DNA from: an uncultured Pseudomonadota bacterium
GTDB lineage: Bacteria; Oederibacteriota; Muellerivitia; Muellerivitales; Muellerivitaceae
DNA: 64,000 bases
Direction of reading: 5' to 3'
Assembly: GCA_963770835.1 (NCBI GenBank)
Contig: CAVYRH010000019.1
Span: 128,001-192,000, forward strand
The first letter of the stretch is position 1. Every line of letters begins with the position of its first letter. A model generated the notes under the pieces. That model was not told the DNA's origin. It did no database searches and saw nothing but the letters and a program-made list of their open reading frames with translations. Below, in pieces: positions 38,489-49,223 of the stretch. The position numbers and the translations under genes are program-made.

Positions 38489-38959
38489 TCAAGGGTTGGC
38501 TAAAAGCAAATCCGAGTTGACAGTGAAGGCTAAAAGCCGCCATCTATCATCGTTCAAAATAGCCCTAATTTTTATTGTTGCGGAACCTTTTTCAAAATCG
38601 GCCCCAACCAAATAGGTGCCCGTTACCTGCAATCCATTTTCCGAAGTGAAGTTCATGAAAGAATCACCTTTGGAACCTTTATATTCTTTGATAGAACCCA
38701 ATCGATCCTTGCATAAAGCAAATAACTTATCGATCTGATCCTGATTCTTATGAACCACCTCGAGCAATTGCGGACTTGCATCCTTCAACATAAGACTTTC
38801 GTCCCAATCCTTACAAATAATCGGAACAATCCCGTCAACATAGGCTTTGCTGTCGGCATCGTATTGTTGGCCATAATGTTGAAAAACAAAAAAAGCTGCC
38901 GCACCCAAAACCAAAACAATCGCAAATAAAATCCCTAGAATTATGAAAAACTTTTTCAA
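38489..38959 (-). CDS. Hypothetical N-terminally anchored protein (AT-rich)
   Basis: 156-aa ORF, GGAGG SD, N-terminal TM. Confidence 0.75.
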   Translation of the reverse strand: MKKFFIILGILFAIVLVLGAAAFFVFQHYGQQYDADSKAYVDGIVPIICKDWDESLMLKDASPQLLEVVHKNQDQIDKLFALCKDRLGSIKEYKGSKGDSFMNFTSENGLQVTGTYLVGADFEKGSATIKIRAILNDDRWRLLAFTVNSDLLLANP

Positions 38960-39001
38960 AATTGCCTCCCAAATATAAATCGACAGCGTTGGTTTTAAAT
39001 T

Positions 39002-40013
39002 TTATTTTTTATACACGTCTTCTTTTTTCTGGAAACCGTCGGCGATGACGGTGGAATCCAAATTATCCTTGTCCACTTCCACCGTGGGCAGGAGGATGGA
39101 CGGAACGTCGTTCTTGCCGTTGTTGAGTTTGGAAACGGGGTCGGTGATGGGCTTCTTCTGGGCCATGGCGATGGCCAGCTCCGCCGCCTTGTCCGCCAGC
39201 TTGGGCAGGGGCTTATACACGGTCATGCTTTGGGTGCCCTGCACGATTCTCTGGCAGCCCGCCAGGTCTGCGTCTTGCCCGGTGACCAGCACCTTCCCGG
39301 CCAGTCCCTGCTCGTTGAGGGCCTGCATCACGCCACCCGCCGTGCCGTCGTTGGAAACGACCACCGCGTCCACCTTGTTGTTGTTCTTGGTCAGGGCGTT
39401 TTCCATGATCTTCAGGGCCTCCACCGGCTGCCAGTCCGTGGCCCATTGGTCGCCTACGATCTTGATGTCCCCCTTGTCGATGGAGGGCTGGAGGATTTTC
39501 ATCTGCCCTTGGCGCACCAAAACGGCGTTGTTGTCCGTGGGGGCTCCGCCGATAAGCACGTAATTGCCCTTGGGCCTGTGCTTCACCGCGTAATCGGCCT
39601 GCTCCTCGCCCACTTTCTCGGGGTCGAAAGTGACATAAAGGTCGAGGTCGCAGTCGCGGATCAGGCGGTCATAGGCGATGACCGGAACACCCGCCTTGTG
39701 GGCCGACTTCCACGATGGTGGCCGCGCTCTTTCCGTTATGGGGCACCACCACCAGGACGTTCACCCCCTCGGTGAGGAGGTTCTCGGCCTGGGAATTCTG
39801 AAGGGCGTCGTCGGAATTGGCGGCTTGCACCAGCACGTCCGCCCCCAGTTCCTTGGCGTTGGCCACGAAGAGGTCGCGGTCATGCTGCCAGCGTTCTTCC
39901 TTAAGGGTGTCCAGGGAAAGGCCGATCCGTATCTTGTTCCCACCCCCGTTTTTGGCGCATCCTCCCAACAACAGTACCGACAAGGCGACAGCCGAAAGGG
40001 TCCTCAGGCGCAT
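39002..40013 (-). CDS. xylF: D-xylose-type ABC substrate-binding lipoprotein, one frameshift near 39708
   Basis: LLLGGC lipobox, DTLKEERWQHDRDLF, GGAPTDNNA, TGQDAD, MTVYKP split over two frames. Confidence 0.85.
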
Positions 40014-40209
40014 GTTCTCCTCCAAGGGAAATTGAGCCGCCCGAGGATTATAAGGCAACGGGGGAGGAGGGCGGAAACAGGATTCGAGGGCTAAAATCGG
40101 GCTTGCAACACCTTTGGCCCGTTCTAAAACCGGTCCGGTATAAATTGACTTAACACTATTTTTTTGTAATCTAAAGGCTGTCTCTTACCCCATTCCCATT
40201 GAAGCGGCC

Positions 40210-41240
40210 ATGCCCGAACTCGACCAGTACCTCCAAGCTTGCATTGAATGCAAAGGCTCCGACCTGCACGTGGCCTCCGAGTCCCCCGTTTACGTGCGCC
40301 AGCTGGGCCGCCTTTGCCCCATTACCCAGCCCCTTTTGACCCAGGATTGCGAGAGGATGATTTTCGAGGTCCTGGACCAGGCCACTGCCGAGCGCCTGAA
40401 GACCGAATGGGAAGTGGACACCTCCTATACCATGTCCAACGGGGAGCGCTTCCGCGTGAACGCCTACCGCCAGCGAAAGGGCTGGGACGCGGTTTTCCGG
40501 CATTTCAGCTCCCAGGTCCCCTCCATCGACGAGTTGGGCCTGCCGCCCATCCTTAAGAAGTTCTCCGACGCCAACCAGGGCCTCATCCTCATCACCGGCC
40601 CGGGCCGGTCCGGCAAATCCACCACCTGCGCGGCCCTGGTGGATCACATGAACAGCGAAAGCGACGAGCACATCATCACCATCGAGGATCCCATCGAGTA
40701 CATCCACCAACGCAAGAAGTCCCTGGTCAACCAGCGGAGCGTGGGCCCCCACACCGGGAGTTTTTCCGCTGCCTTGAGGAGCGCCTTGCGCGAGGACCCG
40801 GACATCATCATGGTGGGCGAAATGCGCGACTACGAGACCATGAGCCTGGCCTTGACCGCCGCCGAAACCGGCCATTTGGTCATCGGCACCCTGCACACGG
40901 GCTCGGCGGCCGCCACCATTTCCCGCGTTGTCAACCTCTTCCCCGCCGCCGAGCAGTCCCAGGCCATCGCCAGCCTGTCCGAAAGCCTGGTGGGCATCGT
41001 CTCCCAGCGCCTGCTGGTGAACGCCGAGGGACCGCCATGGTTCCGGCCTTCGAAATCCTGGTGAACTCCCTGGCCATGGCCAACACCATCCGCAGCGAGG
41101 AATACCACAAGATCCCCTCCATGATCGCCACCGGCCTCTCGCAGGGGATGCAAACCATGGAAGCTTCCATCAAAGCGCTGGTGGCGGCCAAGAAAATCAC
41201 CCAGGCCCAGGCCGATGAGATTCTGGCGGAGGAGGCCTGA
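40210..41240 (+). CDS. pilT: PilT/PilU-family ATPase 1 (frameshift near 41030)
   Basis: GSDLH, RFRVN, GPGRSGKST, TIEDPIEY, LREDPDIIMVGEMRD, TGHLVIGTLH. Confidence 0.88.
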
Positions 41241-42346
41241 TGGCCACCATCGACGAGCTCTTTAAGAAGATGGTGGAGCGCAAGGCCTCCGACATGCACC
41301 TGACCATCGGCAACCCGCCCCTGATCCGCGCCAAGGGCGACTTGGTCCCCCTGGAGGATTGGGTCGATGACCGAACAGGTGATCCACGTCCTCCTTTACG
41401 AGACCATGACCCCGGAGCAGTGGGAGCTGTGCTGGCAGCGGCATGATTACGATTATCGCCTACGAGGTACCGGGCCTGGCCCGGTTCCGCTGCCAACGTT
41501 TTTTTCAACCAGCAGGGCATCGCCGCCGTTTTCCGAACCATCCCCACCAAGATACTGACTTTGGACGAACTGGGCATGCCGCCGGTCGTAAGGGATATGT
41601 GCAAGGTCAAGCGGGGCCTTATCCTGGTCACGGGCCCCACGGGAAGCGGCAAATCCACCACCCTGGCCGCCATGATCGACGAGATCAATTCCACCCGCGA
41701 GGCCAATATCCTCACCATCGAGGACCCCATTGAGTTCGTGCATCCCGTGAAGAAGTGCAAGATCACCCAGCGGGAGGTGCACCGCGACACCCATTCTTTC
41801 AAGGCGGCCCTGCGGTCTTCCATGCGCCAGGACCCGGACATCATCCTGGTGGGCGAAATGCGCGACTACGAGACCATTTCACTGGCCATCGCCGCGGCGG
41901 AGATGGGCATCCTGGTTTTCGGCACCCTGCACACCAATTCCGCGGCCAAAACCATCGACCGCATCATCAACGTCTTTCCCTCGGATGAGCGGGAGAAGGC
42001 CCGGGGGGCCCTGGCCGCCTCCACCAAGGGCATCGTGGCCCAGCAGTTGTGCCCCACCAAGGACGGCAAGGGCCGCTGCGCGGCCGTTGAGGTTTTGACC
42101 TATGAAAAGAGCCTTCCCAATTTGATCCGAACCGGAAAGGTTTCGGGTCTCAATTCCCTGATTGAGCTGAACACCAAGGTCGGGATGCAGACCATGGACC
42201 AATGCTTGATGAGGTTCTTCGAGGCCGGCAAGATCACTGCGGAACAGGCTTATTTGAAGGCCAACGAAAAGAAGAAATTCCAGCCCCTGATGGAGAAGGA
42301 AATGGCTGAGGCCAAAGTCGAAGCCCAAAGAGCGGCCGTCAGCTGA
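41240..42346 (+). CDS. pilT: PilT/PilU-family ATPase 2 (frameshifts within about 41360-41500)
   Basis: ASDMHL, GPTGSGKSTT, TIEDPIEF, RQDPDIILVGEMRD, GTLHTNSAAKTIDR. Confidence 0.88.
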
Positions 42347-42387
42347 AGCCGTTTAGCATAACGGTTTTAAAATGAAAAGAGCGCTCC

Positions 42388-42894
42388 ATGAGTCCTAAGG
42401 ACGATTCTTATATCCTTGAAAAAACAATTTGGAACGAAAATGATTTTGAACAAATGGGATGGCACGATGCCCATATTCACGGCATGGCCTTCGGATCAGA
42501 ATTAAGCGATGGAACGGCCGATTTACTTTTCGATATTGATTACATCTTCAAATGGGTTGGTCCTATTCCACCCGAAAAGCACTTTAGTTTCTGGGTTTCC
42601 CCCTGCACTCTAGTTTTCGAACATGCATATGACTTAAAAACAAACATCGAAGATAAAATGAGTTACGCTTTTGGCCCTTTTGAAATTGCGGATTTTAAAA
42701 TGGTTGAAAGATTACAACGAGAGGGTGATTTCTATGGGTACAAATGGTGTATCGAGCTTCAAACCGGCGCGATAGAATTAAAATCGCATGGATTTAAACA
42801 ATACGTTCGGAAAAAACCTATTTTGGGTGGGCAAGATCTAACTTTGGAAAAACGGGGTGGAATAAGTTTTTCAAAAGAATTTTCTGAGTCCTAA
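42388..42894 (+). CDS. Hypothetical protein (AT-rich)
   Basis: 168-aa ORF with DFEQMGWHD and FDIDYIFKW; no family I can name. Confidence 0.8.
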   Translation: MSPKDDSYILEKTIWNENDFEQMGWHDAHIHGMAFGSELSDGTADLLFDIDYIFKWVGPIPPEKHFSFWVSPCTLVFEHAYDLKTNIEDKMSYAFGPFEIADFKMVERLQREGDFYGYKWCIELQTGAIELKSHGFKQYVRKKPILGGQDLTLEKRGGISFSKEFSES

Positions 42895-42896
42895 AC

Positions 42897-42928
42897 AAAA
42901 AGGCGGACCCGATGGGCCCGCCTTTTTT
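42897..42928. terminator. Bidirectional intrinsic terminator
   Basis: AAAAAGGCGGACCC-GAT-GGGCCCGCCTTTTTT between convergent genes. Confidence 0.85.
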
Positions 42929-42950
42929 ATAACTATTTGCCGAACTTAAA

Positions 42951-44207
<1,257 letters not shown>

Positions 44208-44227
44208 TTAATTCCTCCAAAAATTTG

Positions 44228-44297
44228 AACCACCAAGACACAAAGGGCACCAAGAAAGGCAAAGGTGATTCTTTTTGCTCTCCCGAGTGCCTTGGCG
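44228..44297. repeat. Decayed ~9-mer-arm inverted element (CACCAAG family)
   Basis: AACCACCAAGACACAAAGGGCACCAAGAA ... GTGCCTTGGCG. Confidence 0.7.
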
Positions 44298-44306
44298 ATT
44301 GATGAT

Positions 44307-45484
44307 TTACTTGAGTTTCGCGGCTTTACGCAGAGCGGCGGCTTTGTCGGTCTTTTCCCAGGTGAAATCCTTGTCGTGGCGCCCAAAATGCCCGTAAGCG
44401 GCCGTTTTCTGGTAAATAGGCCGGCGCAGGTTGAGTGCCTTCATGATGCCCCGGGGCGTCAAGTCAAAACACCTTCGGACCAGCTGGGTGATCTGTTCTT
44501 CCGGCAGGCGGCCGGTGCCAAAGGTATTCACCAACACGCTGGTGGGTTCGGCCACGCCGATGGCATAGGAAATCTGCACTTCACATTGGTCGGCCAAGCC
44601 GGCGGCCACGATGTTTTTGGCCACCCAGCGCGCCGCAGTAAGCCGCCGAACGGTCCACCTTTGGAGGGATCCTTTCCGGAGAAAGCGCCGCCGCCATGGC
44701 GGCCATATCCGCCATAGGTGTCGACGATGATTTTTCGGCCGGTCAGACCCGTGTCGCCCAAGGGCCCGCCGATTTCGAAACGGCCGGTGGGATTGACGAA
44801 AATCTTGGTTTTGCTGTCGATCATGTGGGAGGGGATAACCGGTCTTGATGACATGACGGATGACGTCCTTCCGCAGTTTGGACTGGTTCACCGGCGCGTG
44901 CTGGGTGGAAACCACCACCGCGTCCACGCGCACCGGCTTGCCGCCGATATATTCCACCGAAACCTGGCTCTTGCCGTCGGGCCGCAGGTAAGGGAATTTT
45001 CTTGGACTTGCGCACCTGGGCCAGCTTTTCCACCAGCCGGTGGGCCAACATGATGGGAAGCGGCATCAGCTCGGGGGTTTCCCGGCAGGCGAAGCCGAAC
45101 ATCATACCCTGGTCGCCCGCGCCGCCAGTGTCCACGCCCATGGCGATGTCAGGGGATTGACGGTTGATGGCCACGGAGACGCCAGCCGTGTCCGCGTCCA
45201 AGCCGGCTTTGGCGTCGGTATAGCCGATCTTGCGGATGGTGTCGCGGACCACCTGGGCTCAAGTTCACCTGGGCTTTGGTGGTGATTTCTCCCGCCACCA
45301 CCACCCAGTTGCAGGTCAAAAGGGTCTCGCAGGCCACCCGGCTGAAGGGGTCCTGTTTCAGGCAAGCATCCAGGATGCCATCCGAAATGGCGTCGGCCAC
45401 CTTGTCCGGATGCCCCTCGGTGACAGATTCCGACGTGAAAAAAAATTTTTCCTTGCCCAGCGGTGAAAGCGCGGCGCTCTTCAT
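44307..45484 (-). CDS. metK: S-adenosylmethionine synthetase, about 5 frameshifts in this sequence
   Basis: [49 protein letters not shown] and AAYGHFGR spread across frames. Confidence 0.93.
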
Positions 45485-45675
45485 TCCAAATCTCCTTCGA
45501 AAGGATAAAATTACATCACGGCTTAAAACTGTGTGGGCGAGGAAGGTGTCGATACGTCGAACAGCTTGGTTAACAATCCTTGCCGCGATCCGGGCCAAAA
45601 GGAAAGCCCTTGTTCCAAGGCTGGAACAAGGGCTGGTTCGGAGTGCAATTATAGTTTTTAAATCCAAAATTTCAA
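45485..45675 (-). promoter_or_regulatory. metK leader: putative promoter, 13-bp hairpin and structured candidate cis-regulatory RNA
   Basis: TTGAAA-16-TATAAT (45675-45648); perfect stem AGCCCTTGTTCCA/TGGAACAAGGGCT followed by TTCCTTTT; multi-stem core at 45535-45596. Confidence 0.5.
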
Positions 45676-45680
45676 ATGAA

Positions 45681-46629
45681 CTATTTCAATCCCGTGGTCG
45701 CGATTCCCTGGATGAAGTACCTCTGGCCCACCAAGAACATGACAGCAATGGGGATGGAAATCAAAAGGGACGCCGCCATCAGCAGGTGGTAATCCTGGCC
45801 ATAAAGGGAAACGAAATTCTTCAACCCCAAGGCCAGGGTCTTTTTGCTGTTGGAATCGAGGTAAATCAAGAGGATTCAAGAAATCGTTCCAGTTATAAAC
45901 GAAGGAAAAGACCGCTACCGTCGTTAGGGCGGGTTTGCAAAGGGGAAGCAAAATGCGCCAGTAAACCCCGAAGTTGGTGCAACCATCGATCTTGGCCGCC
46001 TCGTCCATCTCATAGGGGATGCTCATGAAAAATTGCCGCATCAGGAAGATGTTGTAGGCGCCTCCGCCCAGAAAGGCCGGGACGATAAGGGGATAAAAGG
46101 TGTCGTACCACCCGGCGCTCTTAAAAAGGATGAACGTGGGGATCATGGTGACTTGCGGCCGGTACCATCATGGTGGCCAGACAGAGGAGGAACAGAGGGC
46201 CCCGACCCGGAAAACGCAAGCCGGGCGAAAGCGAAGGCCACCAGCGAGGAGGAGAAAGTGGTTCCCAGGCAGCTCAAGACCGCGATGGTGAGGGTATTCA
46301 AGATGTAGGTGGTGAAAGTGACGCCATGGAACGGGATTCCCAGGAAGCTCCAATCCTCGGAAGCGTACATCCCGGAGATGTTCCAGGCCGTGGGGTAGTT
46401 TTCCAAGTGAAGGGGGGTCGGAATCCAGACCGGTGGCACGGAAAAAACATCAGTGCGGGTCTTGAAGGAAGTGGAAAGCATCCAGATGATCGGCAGCATC
46501 ATGACGATGGACCCTATCACCAAAAGTATCGTACACGGTGATCTTCGTGATCTTTTCGTTGCGGCGTTTGCTGGCCCAGAAACCTTCGGGTGCGGCCGAG
46601 GGAGCGGGAACGATGGTTGATTCGCTCAT
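45681..46629 (-). CDS. Carbohydrate ABC permease (MalG-like), frameshifted
   Basis: [34 protein letters not shown]. Confidence 0.85.
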
Positions 46630-46639
46630 GGTGAAGTCC

Positions 46640-47575
46640 TTATTTCCTTAATTCGCCTTCGTAGTAAACCCACTTGGAATACTTAAATTGCAGCCAAGTG
46701 GCCAGCATGATGACGACGAACAATACCCAGGCCAGAGCCGAGGCATAGCCCATTTGGTAATACTTGAAAGCCTTTTGGTAGATATAAAGCACCATCACCA
46801 GCGTGGAATCGGCCGGGCCCACCGAGGCCATCGGTCATGACGTCTACCTGGGTGAAAATCTGGAAGGAATTGACGATGGAAATGATCAATTGGAAAAAAA
46901 TGACCGGCGAAAGGCCCGGCAGGGTGACCGTCCAAAACTGTTGCCAGCGGTTGGCCCCGTCGATTTCCGCCGCTTCATAAAGAGTTGAGGGAATTCCCTG
47001 GAGCCCCGCCAAGTAAATGATCATGCCGCCGCCAACCCCCCACAAACTCATAATGACCAAGCGCCGGCTTGCTCCAGACCTCGCTGGCCATCCACTTGGG
47101 GCAGTCGGAAATGGGGATGCCGGTTAGAAGACCGCCCAGGCTCGAAACAACGTGAATCATGTAGTTTAACAAGCCCCGAATCGGCGTTGAAAATCCACTT
47201 CCAAAGGACCGCTATCGCCACGCCCGCACCCACCACCGAAGGAAGGTAAAAAAGCGTCCGGAAAGCGCCGATGCCCTTTACTTTCTGGTTCATGAGAAGT
47301 GCCACGACAATGGACAACACCATGCCGATGGGCACGGAAAGGAAGGTGAAATAGGCGGTATTAAAAAGGGCTTTCCAGAACCGCGGGTCGTTGAAGAACA
47401 TCTCCTTATAGTTGTCGAACCCCACGAATTGAATGGGGGTCAGGATGTCCCACTTACAGAAGGAAAGGAAAAAGGCCGCTAGGATGGGACCGCCCATCAG
47501 GAAAACCATCCAAACCAGGAACGGCGACAAAAAAATGAAGGCACTGATGGCTTCTTTGCGTTCGGCTGATGTCAT
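46640..47575 (-). CDS. Carbohydrate ABC permease (MalF-like), frameshifted
   Basis: [42 protein letters not shown]. Confidence 0.85.
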
Positions 47576-47594
47576 TTTCAGTTTCGTCCTCCGC

Positions 47595-48887
47595 TTAATT
47601 GGTTTGAGGCGGGTTCTTTTCCAACACAGGCCTCAAGTGATCCATGGCTTCAGCGGCCGTTTCAGTGCCGTTCCAAACCTTTTCCAATTCCGGGCCGATG
47701 ATACTGTCGTGGACCTCAAACCAATTTTTGCACATGGGATTGTATTTCACGTATTTCATCGCATCCAACACCATCTTCTTGTTTTTGGGGTCCTGGTTGT
47801 CTAGGAATAACGGCGAATTGGCGGCCGACATAATGGACGGCTGGGCCAACCCGGTGGCGGCCAGTTTCTTGGCCCCTTCCTCTCCGGAGATATACTTCAC
47901 CAGTTCCCACGCTTCTTTTTTATGCGTCGAGGTTTTCAGGATGCCGTAACCCGATCCGCCGGTAGGGAAGGCCCGAAAGCCCTCGGGATTCTTAGGAAAC
48001 ATCGCCACATCCCACTTGAAATTCTTGATCGCGCGGAACTTCGGGGTGGGCCAAATGCCCGACAAATACATCGCAACGGAACCGTTAATGAACATATCGG
48101 AAGTCCCCATTCCTCCCATGGCCGTCAAACTGGAAGGCGGAAGCATCATCTTATACTTGTTCATCATGTCGGCACGGAATTGGATGCCCTTCAAAGTATT
48201 GGGATCGGTGGCGAAGGTCCATTTGGTGGGATGCTTAACGTTGTCAGCGAAACTTCCCCCTGCGTCATAAACCCAGGCGTCAAAAAGCGGCCACTCATCC
48301 ACGAAACCCCAGCGGGTGACATGGCCTGTGGCGTCGGCTTTCATGACTTTCTTGCCGTCGGCGACGAACTGGTTCCAGTCCCAGTCATCCGTTGGATAAG
48401 GCACCCCCGCCTCATCGAAGGCATTTTTGTTGTAAAAAATCACCCCGATGGGGGCGGTGTCGCGGGGGATGACATAGGTTTGGCCGTCCACCGTAAAGCG
48501 ATCCACCACCTGGGGATAATAAATACTTAAATCCATATGGTCGGCCTGGATATAGGGGTTCAATGGCTCCAGGGCGCCGCGCAGGAAGAGATCGACGAAA
48601 TTATTAACTTCCACGAAGATCACGTCGGGAGCCTGGCCACCCGCGATTTGAGTCAGCAGCTTGGTGACATAGTCACCGAAGGGAATGCGTTCCAGTTCGG
48701 CCTGGGCATCCGGGTGGATCTTGTTGTAATCGTTGATAAGGTCGGTGAGGATCTGGTTTTCTTCCGGGCTTCCCCAAGAAGAAATCTTGATTTTAGTTCC
48801 ACCGCTTTTGAAACACCCATTGAGGGCCACGGTGCACAAGAGGGCCAAACAGGCAAAACCAACCAATACTAACCGAAGATTTTTCAT
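47595..48887 (-). CDS. Carbohydrate ABC substrate-binding lipoprotein
   Basis: ALNGC lipobox, APDV, IFYNK.AFDEAGVPYP..DW; GGAGG SD. Confidence 0.9.
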   Translation of the reverse strand: MKNLRLVLVGFACLALLCTVALNGCFKSGGTKIKISSWGSPEENQILTDLINDYNKIHPDAQAELERIPFGDYVTKLLTQIAGGQAPDVIFVEVNNFVDLFLRGALEPLNPYIQADHMDLSIYYPQVVDRFTVDGQTYVIPRDTAPIGVIFYNKNAFDEAGVPYPTDDWDWNQFVADGKKVMKADATGHVTRWGFVDEWPLFDAWVYDAGGSFADNVKHPTKWTFATDPNTLKGIQFRADMMNKYKMMLPPSSLTAMGGMGTSDMFINGSVAMYLSGIWPTPKFRAIKNFKWDVAMFPKNPEGFRAFPTGGSGYGILKTSTHKKEAWELVKYISGEEGAKKLAATGLAQPSIMSAANSPLFLDNQDPKNKKMVLDAMKYVKYNPMCKNWFEVHDSIIGPELEKVWNGTETAAEAMDHLRPVLEKNPPQTN

Positions 48888-49223
48888 AAAACCTCCAAAA
48901 ACCAAAATGGGTATCTGTCGTTGGATGAAACGGAAAGGCCAAGCGGGATTTAGTATGTCATAGGCCACTAGGACCGTCAACGAAGAAAACCCCGGCGGGT
49001 TTCCTTGCGCTTCGCCGGAACAAAAGACCAATCACTTTTCGAGCTGGTAAAACAATCGGACCGAACGAATCTTCATTTCCCCGGAAAAGGTCCAACCAGG
49101 AACCGAATAAGCTGAACGATTTTTTATGCGTACCTGACCGGTCCCTGGGCTAGAATTACGGCTCGGTTTTCCCGGTTCAAGCCGGGAATCCGGCGACGAT
49201 TCTTCAACCCAGGGGGCTTATCC

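Noticed and set aside
42350..42390. GCATAAC as an integron attC core before the AT-rich gene
   Set aside because: No complementary GTTRRRY end or attC palindrome, and no integrase.
44307..45484. Programmed frameshifting or an alternative genetic code in metK, trpE and pilT
   Set aside because: Many scattered indels without a shared slippery site; most genes end normally at TAA, TAG or TGA.
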